Assembly (NCBI GenBank): GCA_044229845.1
Contig: JBGASG010000002.1
Location: 96,001-160,000 of the forward strand
DNA: 64,000 nucleotides
From: Candidatus Obscuribacteraceae bacterium
Lineage (GTDB): Bacteria > Cyanobacteriota > Vampirovibrionia > Obscuribacterales > Obscuribacteraceae
Direction of reading: 5' to 3'
In this document: piece by piece, positions 42,201 to 51,585 of the stretch
Numbering within the stretch: the first letter of the stretch is position 1
Layout: each line of letters starts with the position of its first letter
The notes under the pieces: generated by a model
The model's input: the letters and a program-made list of their open reading frames with translations, nothing else
What the model was told of the DNA's origin: nothing
The model's database searches: none
Position numbers and translations under genes: made by a program

Positions 42201-42753
42201 GGAATATCTCACCGTCTTGAACACCGAGAAGGACGAGATCAATCAGCGTATCGCCGGCTACGACGAGCTGAAGAAGAACACGTTCATGGAGGCGTTCAAC
42301 GCCATCAACGAAAACTTCAAAGAGATCTTTGCCGAGCTGTCTCATGGTTCCGGCAAGCTCGAACTTGAAGACCCGGAACATCCTTTTAATGGCGGTTTGA
42401 TTATCCGCGCGCAGCCACGCGAGAAGAAGATGCAACGCATCGAAGCGCTCTCCGGAGGCGAGAAATCGCTGACGGCGCTGTCGTTTGTGTTTGCCTTCCA
42501 GCGCTATGCGCCCGCGCCGTTCTACGCTTTCGACGAAGTCGACATGATGCTTGACGGTGCCAACGCCGAACGCCTGGCTCGTATGGTGGCACGGCAGTCG
42601 AATGAAGCCCAGTTTGTGGTGGTCAGCCTGCGTCGTCCGATGATCGAAAACGCGGACCACGCAATTGGTGTCTCGCTGCGTTCCGATGGCTATTCCAAGG
42701 TGGTCGGTATCACGGAAGTGAAACTACCGGAGGAAGAAGCAGTTGGAGCATGA
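39235..42753 (+). CDS. smc: Chromosome segregation protein SMC
   Basis: GPNGSGKS, hinge GRATFVPL, LSGGEKSL, DEVD. Confidence 0.98.
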   Translation: MRIKEIELDNFKSFGKQTTVPILNGFTTISGPNGSGKSNIVDSLLFALGLSSTRTMRAERLPDLLNNLSGRNEAKVTVRFTNDAGTEIEVSRRLRVKDNGYTSTYNLNGKVTTLSEIHDELMRYNVSPTGFNVIMQGDVTNIVTMSPTERRRIIDELAGVAEFDRRIDQAQKELITVAEKIDHQRIVLAEIGTRLEVLQSDRDVALKYLDLKTQKERIERDLVFIRVKELETKVEGERNEIVKLDKREEELCEKREESELETLKLRSEIGRIEEDIREKGGNEQLLIRQELENQRGELTREENKLSNLSGVIGEKGKLQKQVVDQIKTIDKHLNSLGKEKKQHQADLEAVQQILAEKQGSFSAVNAELEVVRQAKDTATSKVMSLHEKLEMLRDQKNRFDVRRAELIARKESLEKEIEAIRTNTTNSIGKTASLKSLIGTMERKCEDQQAQGLGLARNVRQMESEIESTQEEIEAKRAELEQVNRKLIEMETHREVAGESGYGKAVEAILGANIKGVYGTIGQLGQVDERYTTALEMAIGPRLSHLVVEDDEVAARCIELLKQTKAGRATFVPLNKIQTQPPGLLPSRPGVIDFAYNLIDFEPRFVKAIQYACGQTVVMDSLENARKLMGTGRLVTLEGELLEKYGTISGGMDNKNKLHFSAKGETDLNSLRMKAKNLADDIKWLQDSLKELNASIAGDRDKLNDFKGVQAQAQTELDAKKAELIAVEKEVEDLKPRLRASGDEIEAVDTEVASIDTNLKQVNKELSKFQDDMAEVTGGAAKSPVDKLIAEAEELKADLDATEKSAKEIERHIDRIVTEERVEQANRQTLQEQLDTITKELDELNAQKPEFEAKINELKKLIQDLEKKSTDISDELKALNDEKAAVQEKIHAIELEKTKLESQLEHLAEERNKRRQLMYELSEELILKRQELDELLAEQPDYKPPSQGTVDQLLHQIERLEKRMRAMEPVNMKALEEYNETKQRQEELEEYLTVLNTEKDEINQRIAGYDELKKNTFMEAFNAINENFKEIFAELSHGSGKLELEDPEHPFNGGLIIRAQPREKKMQRIEALSGGEKSLTALSFVFAFQRYAPAPFYAFDEVDMMLDGANAERLARMVARQSNEAQFVVVSLRRPMIENADHAIGVSLRSDGYSKVVGITEVKLPEEEAVGA

Positions 42754-43591
42754 GGAACACGCAGTAAATCCGGCACCGGTGCCGGCACTTTCGGACCAGC
42801 CCTCCGGCACCATACCCGGTGACACGCTGATCAGCGTCGAGCGCTCCGGCGGTATCGAAATTCTCGTGTCGATGGCGTCGAAAGGCGAAATAGATCCGAA
42901 AAACATCGACATCATCGATATATGCGATCGATTCCTCAAGGCGATCGCCGCCGCCCCTAAAGAAAACCTGCGCCAATCAGGCAAGATCATCTTCCACGCA
43001 TCTGTTTTGCTGCGCATGAAAGCCGAACAGCTGCTGATCGACAAAATCGAAGATCTCGATTTCGGCGGCGATGACTTCTTAGATTTCGAGGATGATTCAG
43101 GAATAATCTACGACGGCAACAATCAAGCCGTCGCGCGGCAGATTACGCTTGCCGACCTGGAACGCGCACTGACGCGCCGCACAAAAAACACGCAAGTGCG
43201 CCGCCGCCGCGTCACCCTCGAACAACTGATCGAAGCCCTGCGCGACGCGGAAAAACACGAAAAAGAAAAGTCGCAGCGCAAGCCGAAAGCCGTCATCGAT
43301 ATGGACGGTTATGCCGATATGAAAGGCATGGAAGACATTCTCGAACTGGCGCACGACGAAGACATCGAAGACGTGATTGCGCGTATCGAACAAATACTGA
43401 TCGCATATTTCGAAGCCGGGGACATACTGTCTCTGGTGGCACTGATCGAAAAGCTGGGCGGGCGCGGCGACTGGGTGGATGCGTTCCTCGCCGTGCTGTT
43501 TCTCTCCAATGCTGGTAAAGTACAACTACAGCAAGAGAAATTTTACGGTGAGCTTTTCATCGCTAGATCAATTTTGGAGGCAACCGCGTGA
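42743..43591 (+). CDS. scpA: Segregation/condensation protein A (kleisin)
   Basis: GEIDP..IDI, A.VLL.MKA, FLA.LFL...G.V.L.Q...YGE; directly follows smc. Confidence 0.9.
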   Translation: MEHEEHAVNPAPVPALSDQPSGTIPGDTLISVERSGGIEILVSMASKGEIDPKNIDIIDICDRFLKAIAAAPKENLRQSGKIIFHASVLLRMKAEQLLIDKIEDLDFGGDDFLDFEDDSGIIYDGNNQAVARQITLADLERALTRRTKNTQVRRRRVTLEQLIEALRDAEKHEKEKSQRKPKAVIDMDGYADMKGMEDILELAHDEDIEDVIARIEQILIAYFEAGDILSLVALIEKLGGRGDWVDAFLAVLFLSNAGKVQLQQEKFYGELFIARSILEATA

Positions 43592-44436
43592 GCCTAAAAG
43601 CGAAAGTTGAAGCAGTGCTCTTCATGACCGACAAGCCGATTCAGGCTGCGGCCATAGCACGCATCATTAACGCTGATGTTCAGCAAGTGCGGCAGACGAT
43701 GCTGGAACTGATTCGTGAATACGAGGAGCGCCCGGGTGGATTGCAGATCACCGACGAGGGCGGATATGCGTTCCAGGTCAAAGATGAGTATTCATCTTTG
43801 ATGAACGAGTTTGCACCGGTCGAGATGTCCGCGGCATTGCTGCGCACGTTATCAGCAATATGCATCAAGCAGCCGGTCATGCAGTCGGAGATTATCCGCG
43901 TGCGTGGTGCCGGCGCCTACGAACATATTAAAGAACTCGTCAATCGTGAGTTGATCGCGAAAAAAGATGACGGACGCTCGCCGATTTTGACGACTACCAA
44001 GAAGTTTCAAGACTACTTCCGACTGACTAAAGACGGCGGTGAGTTGCGCTCCTACTTGAAGAAACAAGTGAAGAAAGCGGAAGCAGCTGCCGCCGCAGCC
44101 GCTACCCCCACTACTGAAAGCCCGACCGCCGACAAGCAGTTGGAGTTGCCGGTGGTCGGGGGCGATTCCGGTTCCGACAAGCAATTGAACGAGCGCATCT
44201 ACTTAGAGCTGTCACCGGAAAACGAAGAACCAGCAGCGGCAGGCAGCGCCGGGGAAGAAACAGCCACAGCGGACCAGACGATGGAAGAAACAGCGGCGGC
44301 AGGCACAGCTGAAGAAACAGTCGATGTCGGCGAAGAACCGGATGCGCCGGCTGTCTTCGAAATGGAAGCAATTCCGCAAGTCAGCGAAGTGTTCGATGCA
44401 ACGCCGCCGATGCCCGTGGTTACAGACCTGGGCTAG
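43588..44436 (+). CDS. scpB: Segregation/condensation protein B with acidic C-terminal tail
   Basis: KVEAVLF, LRTL..I..KQP....EI..VRG, TT.KF..YF. Confidence 0.93.
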   Translation: MSLKAKVEAVLFMTDKPIQAAAIARIINADVQQVRQTMLELIREYEERPGGLQITDEGGYAFQVKDEYSSLMNEFAPVEMSAALLRTLSAICIKQPVMQSEIIRVRGAGAYEHIKELVNRELIAKKDDGRSPILTTTKKFQDYFRLTKDGGELRSYLKKQVKKAEAAAAAAATPTTESPTADKQLELPVVGGDSGSDKQLNERIYLELSPENEEPAAAGSAGEETATADQTMEETAAAGTAEETVDVGEEPDAPAVFEMEAIPQVSEVFDATPPMPVVTDLG

Positions 44437-44442
44437 TAAATC

Positions 44443-45153
44443 ATGCACGTTGCAGCAGTAATTGTGGCTGCAGGCAGCGGCACCCGCTTTGGCGGCGATG
44501 GTCCGAAGCAGTTCATCGAACTTGGCGGCAAACCGGTTTTCTTATGGTCGGTTGACGTCTTCAGGCATCATCCGCATATCGAGCAGGTGGTTGTTTCGGC
44601 GCCACCAGATATGGTGCAGGAATTGCAGGCGTCGCTGGCAGTTGCACATTGCGAAGCTGGCGCAACCTGCCTGGTGGTAGGCGGCGGTACCACACGCCAG
44701 GAGTCGGTGTTTAACGGCTTGAGCGCGCTGGCACAGAGCAATCCGCCCCCGACCCACGTGATGGTGCACGATGCGGCCCGCCCGTTTGTTACCCGAGAGA
44801 TATTGGATCGGGTACTGGAACAGCTAGAGAAGACCGACGCATGTACGGTAGCTATCCCGGCATCAGATACGGTGAAACGTGTTGTCGACGGTAGCATTGT
44901 CGAAACGCTGAAGCGCGAGGAGTTGCACTTGATGCAAACGCCTCAGGCCGCCAGATTCGAATTACTTTATCGGGCGCACCAGGACGCGCGCGCCAAACAG
45001 GTTAATACCACGGACGATGCCGCCATTCTGGAAGCCGCGGGCATCCCTGTGCCGGTAGTCCTGGGTTCAAGATTTAATATCAAGATCACCGAAAAGGAAG
45101 ATCTGCTGCTGAGCCAGGCGATCGCCACCATCATAGGCGGGAGCCATTTGTGA
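44443..45153 (+). CDS. ispD: 2-C-methyl-D-erythritol 4-phosphate cytidylyltransferase
   Basis: AAGSGTRF...PKQF, GG.TRQESV, VHDAARP, QTPQ, TDDA, NIKIT. Confidence 0.96.
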   Translation: MHVAAVIVAAGSGTRFGGDGPKQFIELGGKPVFLWSVDVFRHHPHIEQVVVSAPPDMVQELQASLAVAHCEAGATCLVVGGGTTRQESVFNGLSALAQSNPPPTHVMVHDAARPFVTREILDRVLEQLEKTDACTVAIPASDTVKRVVDGSIVETLKREELHLMQTPQAARFELLYRAHQDARAKQVNTTDDAAILEAAGIPVPVVLGSRFNIKITEKEDLLLSQAIATIIGGSHL

Positions 45154-45269
45154 TACCATACACGACACCAGATCGCGGACTCGTTGGTTAGACAAAGGCT
45201 ACTTGCCAATTGATCTGAATCAATTAGAATGAGGTCATGTAAAAGACACGTGTCGGAGAGCGGGTAACT

Positions 45270-45770
45270 ATGTCGCAAGAGTCGAAAGATCCTCCTAATG
45301 AGGATCGGGCACCATCCGCGGGGCGCAACGCGAAAGTCGGCGTTGATATTTATCCTGCACTGGTAGATCGGAAGTTCGCACCTATATCCACTCGGACGGA
45401 AAATCGTCTGGGCACACAGATTTCTATATTCGAACCGGCCTCGTTCGATGAAGCTGTGGATATCGTTGAGTGTCTGCGCACGCGCGCTGCCACCACTATC
45501 TGTCTCGATAAAATGCGCAAGATGGATGCGATTCGCCTGGTCGACTTCGTATCTGGTGCCGCCGCCGCCATCGACGGTGACTTCCACAAACTCACAGAAC
45601 AGGTTTTCGTGTTCTGCCCGAGCAACATCAAAATCGTCGCTACCGAAAAACCGACCGAGATGCGTTCAACCCCTGTCACACAAACGACTGGACCGAATCC
45701 GCTTGACTATCTGTTCGCCAACTTGAGTACGACTACCGCAACCACCCAGACTCCCTGGACCAAGCAGTAG
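45270..45770 (+). CDS. sepF: Cell division protein SepF
   Basis: EP.SFDEA..IV..L, RLVDFVSG...AIDG, VF.FCP.N. Confidence 0.88.
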   Translation: MSQESKDPPNEDRAPSAGRNAKVGVDIYPALVDRKFAPISTRTENRLGTQISIFEPASFDEAVDIVECLRTRAATTICLDKMRKMDAIRLVDFVSGAAAAIDGDFHKLTEQVFVFCPSNIKIVATEKPTEMRSTPVTQTTGPNPLDYLFANLSTTTATTQTPWTKQ

Positions 45771-46185
45771 TTTCTCGTCGGCAGAAGTTTAGTAGCTCTC
45801 AGACCGAGCGGCAGTTGTTATGCACAGACGATCGTCTGAAATATCGCACTAGTCAAGCGCACTGCTGAGACGTCAGGCGCAGAAAAAGAGTTAAAGCAAT
45901 CGGCGCTGCCAGCCCCAATGGGGTCGTGCGCAGGCACCTTCACGGTTTTTTACACGACCTCAAAATCTGCGCTGCTATTATTAGGTCCACGAAGCACACA
46001 GCCGTTTTTTCAGACTGGGTGCTGTGTTTCCTCCTTACCTAATCCACCACAACTAGTACTTCGCCTTCATTTCGGTGGGGGCGAAGTTCTATTTTTGGGG
46101 TAGGAAGACCCCGATATTTGGGGCAATCAGGCGTGTATTCAATCAATATCACTGGATATCCCGAGTCGCATTCGAGCAGCATCCG

Positions 46186-46758
46186 ATGCATATCACCATC
46201 CTCGACCTGAAACCAGCCGGCGCCAAAACGCACGAAGAAGTCGCTCAACTCGTGTTGAACGGAATGTCCGCCGGCGCACCAACTGCGTGGCCGACGATCG
46301 AGGATGCGCGGGAAGAAGTCGCGGAGTCGTTCGAAGAAGATCGAATCAGCCTGGTGGCAATTGCTGACAACGGGCGCGTTGTCGGTTGGATCGGTGGCAT
46401 CTCGTGTTATGACGGCAACGTCTTCGAGTTGCATCCCCTGGTAGTCAAGGAAGATCACCGCAATAAGGGCATTGGAAAGAAACTGGTAGCGGCACTCGAG
46501 GAACGCGCGCGAGAAGCCGGCGCCTGCACGATGTTTTTGGGAACCGATGACGAAGTCGATCGCACCAGCCTTTTCGGACACGATTTGTATCCGGATCCGC
46601 TCGTCCACCTAAGCGCTTTGCAAAATCTGCGCGGGCACCCCCTCGGCTTTTACCAGAAGTGCGGTTACTCAGTGATCGGCGTTTTGCCGGATGCCAACGG
46701 ACCCGGCAAGCCAGATATCTTCATGGCGAAGCGCCTGGCAACTACTTCCGTTTCTTAG
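46186..46758 (+). CDS. GNAT acetyltransferase resembling AAC(6')-Ia/Ii aminoglycoside acetyltransferases
   Basis: ELHPLVV, GIG..L, LGTDDE...TSL...DLY, HP..FYQK.G, PDANG.GKPDI.MAK. Confidence 0.82.
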   Translation: MHITILDLKPAGAKTHEEVAQLVLNGMSAGAPTAWPTIEDAREEVAESFEEDRISLVAIADNGRVVGWIGGISCYDGNVFELHPLVVKEDHRNKGIGKKLVAALEERAREAGACTMFLGTDDEVDRTSLFGHDLYPDPLVHLSALQNLRGHPLGFYQKCGYSVIGVLPDANGPGKPDIFMAKRLATTSVS

Positions 46759-47947
46759 CAGCTGGTTTCTTAGCGGCTGGTTTTTTCGCAACCGGTTTCT
46801 TCGCGGCGGCTTTCTTCGCAACCGGTTTCTTCGCGGCGGCTTTCTTCGCAACCGGTTTCTTCGCGCCGGCTTTCTTAGCAGCTGGTTTCTTCGCGCCGGC
46901 TTTCTTAGCAGCTGGTTTCTTCGCGCCGGCTTTCTTAGCAACTGGTTTCTTCGCGCCGGCTTTCTTAGCAACTGGTTTCTTCGCAGCAGCTTTCTTAGCA
47001 ACTGGTTTCTTCGCAGCAGCTTTCTTAGCAACTGGTTTCTTCGCAGCAGCTTTCTTAGCAACTGGTTTCTTCGCAGCAGCTTTCTTCGCAACTGGTTTCT
47101 TTGCAGCAGCTTTCTTCGCAACTGGTTTCTTTGCGGCTGTTTTCTTAGCAGCTGGTTTCTTCGCGGCCGGTTTCTTCGCGGCCGGTTTCTTCGCAGCAGC
47201 TTTCTTCGCGGCTTTGCTCTTGGAAGCCTTGGCAGCAGCTTTCTTTGGAGCCGCCTTCTTCGCTGACGCCTTCTTCGCGCTCGCGGATTTCTTGGCTCCA
47301 GCTTTCTTGGCTTTGTGCTTGCCGGAACCGGAGGCCGGCTTCTTCGCGGCTCCAGTTTCCTTGCGGGCCGTTGCTTTGCGTCCGGTGCCGGCACGTTTGG
47401 TTGGTGTTTTGCGCGTGCGCTTCGGCTTCCCGGCTTCGCTCTCAGAGACTTCTGCGCTCTCGGTCGCGCTGATGATGATGGTTTCCGCCTCTTCATCATC
47501 TTCGGTAGCCGGCACCGCTATGGCATCAACCACTTCTTCGATGATGATGATTTCTTCGTCGTCATCGTCGTCGTGCTCGATCTCGCTGGCTACTTCCTGG
47601 TGAACCGGAGCGGGCGGCGGTGGCGTTTCTTCTTCGGGCGTGACGTATTCCGGAATCACCTCTTCCGGAACCACTGCATCCGGAACCACTTCTTCTGCGG
47701 TCACCTGCTGGCGATCAGCATATTGGTCTTCGCGCTCCTGGTCTTGGCGTTCTTCATCTTCTCGCTCTTCGTCATCATCTTGTTCGTCCTGATCTTCATC
47801 GTCATAAGAAGATGTGCGAGTGGACGTATTCGAAGTGTCATCGTCTTCTTGATCTTCTTCTTCGTCGTCGCCCCAGTCCTGGTCGTCATATTCGCCCCAA
47901 CCGCTGGCCGGTTGCTGGGGTGACTTGCGGATATATTCGTCGACCAT
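46742..47947 (-). CDS. Low-complexity protein: acidic N-terminus plus histone H1-like Lys/Ala/Pro C-terminal repeats
   Basis: ATG 47947 after AAGGAAGGA; D/E-rich first half; ([10 protein letters not shown])n tail. Confidence 0.82.
   Translation of the reverse strand: MVDEYIRKSPQQPASGWGEYDDQDWGDDEEEDQEDDDTSNTSTRTSSYDDEDQDEQDDDEEREDEERQDQEREDQYADRQQVTAEEVVPDAVVPEEVIPEYVTPEEETPPPPAPVHQEVASEIEHDDDDDEEIIIIEEVVDAIAVPATEDDEEAETIIISATESAEVSESEAGKPKRTRKTPTKRAGTGRKATARKETGAAKKPASGSGKHKAKKAGAKKSASAKKASAKKAAPKKAAAKASKSKAAKKAAAKKPAAKKPAAKKPAAKKTAAKKPVAKKAAAKKPVAKKAAAKKPVAKKAAAKKPVAKKAAAKKPVAKKAAAKKPVAKKAGAKKPVAKKAGAKKPAAKKAGAKKPAAKKAGAKKPVAKKAAAKKPVAKKAAAKKPVAKKPAAKKPAAKKRK
46745..47210 (-). repeat. 15/30-bp intragenic tandem repeats encoding [10 protein letters not shown]
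   Basis: Directly visible, e.g. actggtttcttcgcagcagctttcttagca repeated. Confidence 0.95.
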
Positions 47948-48106
47948 AATGTCCTTCCTTAGAATTTCGTGAACTGGACGCGCCGGACGGGATACCTGGG
48001 TCCTTACTATTGAAGTTTGAAATGGAAAAAAGATCAAGTGGTTGGCCGATACCGCAGGTGGTGCACGGAATCAGCCCGCGATAGCCAAAACCCGCTACAG
48101 CGGCAC

Positions 48107-48139
48107 AAAAAGAGGCGCTCCCCGCAAGGGGAGCGTCTC
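48107..48139 (-). terminator. Intrinsic terminator after the small ORF 48158-48400
   Basis: 12-bp stem GAGGCGCTCCCC/GGGGAGCGTCTC with a 4-nt loop and a U-tract on the minus strand. Confidence 0.75.
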
Positions 48140-48157
48140 ATGCCACCTTATATTTTT

Positions 48158-48400
48158 TCAGCGACCTGCAGGTGGCTTGGTCGTGTACTCGGCGCCTGTA
48201 CCAGTTACCAGTGGCGTGTCGGCATTGAGTGTGCGTGTTTCACTGGGATTAATTCCCCACATCGCTATAGTGAAGAGCAGCAGCGTGATGGCGGACAGGA
48301 GTGCGATTTTGGCGATGTCTCGGCGGTCTGATTGGATCGCTTGTTCGAGATATTGCAATCTCATCCTCTCTGTATCGTGCCTGTAAACGCTGGATGCCAT
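48158..48400 (-). CDS. Small single-TM hypothetical protein (80 aa)
   Basis: GAGG RBS, one hydrophobic helix, followed by a terminator. Confidence 0.6.
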   Translation of the reverse strand: MASSVYRHDTERMRLQYLEQAIQSDRRDIAKIALLSAITLLLFTIAMWGINPSETRTLNADTPLVTGTGAEYTTKPPAGR

Positions 48401-48617
48401 TCTTTTTGCCTCTTGCGCTCCGGTCAGGTTCCCCCTCCCGAGTACACGCATTGACGAATGGGCTCGACGCGGGTTCCCGCCCCTGCAAAATCCCCAGAAC
48501 TGGCAACTGGTAAAGGTTTACAACACTAACAGTGCCAACCTGGAACCGGACGAAGCAGCCCTTGGCAGGCATACATTCTCTGAACTGTCCCGAACCGGCT
48601 CATCCGCTCCACGCGAT

Positions 48618-48638
48618 TCGCTAATCTCAAATTAGCGA
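48618..48638. promoter_or_regulatory. Inverted repeat TCGCTAAT-N5-ATTAGCGA in a divergent intergenic region
   Basis: Perfect 8-5-8 palindrome whose core fits a T-N11-A box. Confidence 0.4.
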
Positions 48639-48697
48639 GCACCACGCGATGCTCGCACCACAGTTAACGGATCAGCTACAACGCAACGGAGAAGACT

Positions 48698-49372
48698 ATG
48701 AGAGCCCAGTTGACAGATCGCAAGACAGGACTGGTTTACGCGTTCTGGAGCACTATAAATAGGATCGCCATCGCCCTGCACTTCCGCAAGGTAGATGTAG
48801 AAGGGCGCGAATTTCTTCCTGCTGGCGGTCCATTTTTGCTTATCAGCAACCACACCTCGCGCTGGGACGGGCTGCTGGCTTATCACCTGATTAACAGACC
48901 GGCTAATTTCATGGTTTCGCCCAACGAACTGCTGGGTCTGCAAGGTCACGTGCTGGGCTCAATGGGTAGTTTTCCTGCCAATCCGCGCTTCGATCTGGTT
49001 GCGCACATGCAGCGACAGGTGAAGAAAGGCGAACCGATCGTCATCTTTCCCGAAGGCGACACTTATCGCGACGGAGCCACACACCGCTTCAAAAACGGCG
49101 CCGCCCGCTTTGCATTGTCAAGTATCGCCCAGGGGTTGGAGTTTCCCGTGATACCGATGGCGGTGCGTTACTCGGAAGACGGACGGCAAGTTTCGATCAA
49201 ACTGTCCGCGCCCATCGACATCAAGCAGTACGCAGGCACTCATCAGCTGGAAGCCATTCAGGCGTTGACGGCTCGCATGCAGCGCGAGGTTTCATACCTG
49301 AAGTACGAACTCGGGCATCAAGAAGATGTGGCAGTGCTGTTCGCCGGCGATCCGCCGAAATGGGCTGCGTGA
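48698..49372 (+). CDS. Lysophospholipid acyltransferase (PlsC-like)
   Basis: NHTSRWD (HxxxxD) and IFPEG motifs. Confidence 0.9.
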   Translation: MRAQLTDRKTGLVYAFWSTINRIAIALHFRKVDVEGREFLPAGGPFLLISNHTSRWDGLLAYHLINRPANFMVSPNELLGLQGHVLGSMGSFPANPRFDLVAHMQRQVKKGEPIVIFPEGDTYRDGATHRFKNGAARFALSSIAQGLEFPVIPMAVRYSEDGRQVSIKLSAPIDIKQYAGTHQLEAIQALTARMQREVSYLKYELGHQEDVAVLFAGDPPKWAA

Positions 49373-49425
49373 CAGTACCCCATGAGCTATGATTCTGGCT
49401 TTCAATTGAGGCGCGGAATCCGGGT

Positions 49426-49974
49426 ATGACTCAAGCCGAGGATCTGATCAAGCAACTGAATCTGGCACCTCACCCGGAGGGCGGCTTCTACCGCGAGACC
49501 TATCGCTGCCGATTGACGTTGCCTCAAGCCGCGCTTCCGGCGGTGTACTCCGGAACTCGCTCGGCATCGACGAGCATCTATTATTTGCTCACACCCGGAA
49601 CCTTCTCCTGCATGCACAGGATCGTCACAGATGAAGTGTTTCATTTCTACGCCGGCGATCCGGTGGAGATGCTGCAGTTGTCTGAGTCGCCCAGTGCGGT
49701 TCCCGACGGCATGATATTGCTGGGCAATCAAGTAGGTAAGGGACAAATACCCCAGCATGTGGTGCCCGCCGGTGTGTGGCAGGGCTGCCGCATTGCGCCG
49801 GGCGCGGGCAGCGCCGCCGAGTCTTGCGGCAGCATTCAGTCCGGCTTCGCGTTATTGGGTTGCACGGTGGCACCGGGATTTGATTTCGCCGATTACACCG
49901 AAGGCACTCGGGAATCACTAACCGCACAGTTTCCTCAGTTCGCAGAATTGATCGCTGCTTTGACGAAACGCTGA
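49426..49974 (+). CDS. Cupin domain protein (DUF985/Cupin_5-like)
   Basis: L.PHPEGG.YRET, TSIYYLL, DEVFHFYAG, CTVAPGFDF.D. Confidence 0.88.
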   Translation: MTQAEDLIKQLNLAPHPEGGFYRETYRCRLTLPQAALPAVYSGTRSASTSIYYLLTPGTFSCMHRIVTDEVFHFYAGDPVEMLQLSESPSAVPDGMILLGNQVGKGQIPQHVVPAGVWQGCRIAPGAGSAAESCGSIQSGFALLGCTVAPGFDFADYTEGTRESLTAQFPQFAELIAALTKR

Positions 49975-50013
49975 AGGCGCGCGCCTGATGCCGCGCCAGA
50001 CCAGGTGGCGCAC

Positions 50014-51585
50014 TCAGAGTGGGTGGCAGACGACGTTCACTGAGAACGTTGTTTTGCGGTGAATTTTCATGGTGCCCAGACAGCCATCATATCCGGTGCC
50101 CGGGGTCCAGTCATGCCAGCCCTGCACGAAACTGAGACTGACAGCCGGATTGGGTTCGCAGGAGCAGTACGGATCGGGAATGGCAGCAGCACTGGTGACT
50201 TCGTTGGGAGCCATGCTCATATACTCCTTGGTGATGCCGTCTTTTTCACTGCCGTCAGCTTGCGCGCTCTTGTTGAGCCAGAGAGCCGCCGAGCCGACGA
50301 TGGCGGTTTCGGGAGTGGCGATCAACATGCTGCCGGGTCCATTTGATGGATAGATGTAATAGGTGTCTTGTCCCGGAATGAACGGGCAGGCGGCCAGCGC
50401 GCCCAGCATTTCACCCATGCTGCAGTCATGCTTGAGTTCGCGACAGCGTTGCAAGAGGCGGTCTTTGCTAGGTCCCCAGTTGCCGGGCACGAGCGGATTG
50501 AACATGACGTTGGCGAGGGTGCCGACATATTCGTTGCCCACACTGGCATTGACAGTCAGCGTGCCGGTACCGACTTCCGGTATGAAGATCTGCGTGTCCG
50601 TACCCGGGCGATTGTCATAGCTGCCCTTGCGGCTCGGAATCCCGTTGATGACATACTGAATGTCGTTGCCGGGGAAATTGACACGGATGAAACCGCGCAT
50701 CTCTGCGTCATAGTATTTTTGCGGATTGGGTTGTACGAAAGCGAGCGCCTGGTGGGCGAGCGATTCCTGCTTGAGCGACTTACTGTCTACCGAATAGCCG
50801 TTAGGCACCGGCTTGTTCCAGTTGATCGCTTTGACATCCTTCTTGTTTTCGCTGAAGTACGAACCGGCGATTAGGTGGGTGCGTTCCTTCACTTTGAAGG
50901 GCACGAACGCGAACGTGTGGTCGCCGACTTCGAATGTCTGGTAGCCCGGAACGTAGTCGAGTCCCTCGGCCTTCGTTTGCGGAACCGTGACGCCTGACGG
51001 CAACTGACCGGACGTAATCATGATGTTGCTCTCGGCGCCGCGGTCGACGAGCGATGTCGTCCAGTTGCCGGGGTCATGCGCTTTCAGTTCGCTATCCTTC
51101 CCGATCATGCGGACGGAGTTGCGCTCGGCTACTTCGTTGAAAAATGGATACAGATTGGTTGGCGTGTTGAGCTTGTCGGACAGGCGATCAGACATGCCCT
51201 GAGCGGCGTTATAGATTGAATCGGCGTGCGAATTGGCGGTACCAGTATCGGTGCCTTCACTTTTCATGGCCTGATAATTTGCCGAGACCAGCATCGACTT
51301 CGCCCAGACGCGGTTGATGTTGCCGATGCCGAATTCGCCGTTCTTGTCCTGGAGTTCGTTAAACTGTTCTTCTGCGGTGCCGGTCTGCGCCTTCTCTTTG
51401 ACGCGCACCATCATTTGCTTGCCGACGTTGAGCGCCCCGGAATCGGTGGCGTTGCGCACTTCCCGTGAACCGCCCATATACATGGTCAGAACGAACAACC
51501 CGACAATGATCATGACGAGCACCAGGGCGCAGACTATAACCAGTCCAAGCACGGCGCCGCGTTTCTTTCTGCCTCGGTTGGTCAT
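50014..51585 (-). CDS. Tad/TadG-like pilin-leader protein
   Basis: RKKRG|AVLGLVIV prepilin-like start, followed by RNATDSGAL; Cys-containing C-terminal domain. Confidence 0.65.
   Translation of the reverse strand: MTNRGRKKRGAVLGLVIVCALVLVMIIVGLFVLTMYMGGSREVRNATDSGALNVGKQMMVRVKEKAQTGTAEEQFNELQDKNGEFGIGNINRVWAKSMLVSANYQAMKSEGTDTGTANSHADSIYNAAQGMSDRLSDKLNTPTNLYPFFNEVAERNSVRMIGKDSELKAHDPGNWTTSLVDRGAESNIMITSGQLPSGVTVPQTKAEGLDYVPGYQTFEVGDHTFAFVPFKVKERTHLIAGSYFSENKKDVKAINWNKPVPNGYSVDSKSLKQESLAHQALAFVQPNPQKYYDAEMRGFIRVNFPGNDIQYVINGIPSRKGSYDNRPGTDTQIFIPEVGTGTLTVNASVGNEYVGTLANVMFNPLVPGNWGPSKDRLLQRCRELKHDCSMGEMLGALAACPFIPGQDTYYIYPSNGPGSMLIATPETAIVGSAALWLNKSAQADGSEKDGITKEYMSMAPNEVTSAAAIPDPYCSCEPNPAVSLSFVQGWHDWTPGTGYDGCLGTMKIHRKTTFSVNVVCHPL

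Noticed and set aside
41095..42660. 521-aa minus-strand ORF inside smc and similar long antisense ORFs elsewhere
   Set aside because: These are expected shadows of high-GC codon usage opposite well-supported genes.
46659..47603. Hydrophobic (FFAAA)n and Arg-rich ORFs in other frames over the histone-like repeat
   Set aside because: These are alternative-frame and antisense translations of the [10 protein letters not shown] repeat.
48530..48570. SRP RNA-like string (ccggacgaagcagc)
   Set aside because: It lacks the conserved CAGG...GNRA...GGAAGCAG helix-8 arrangement.
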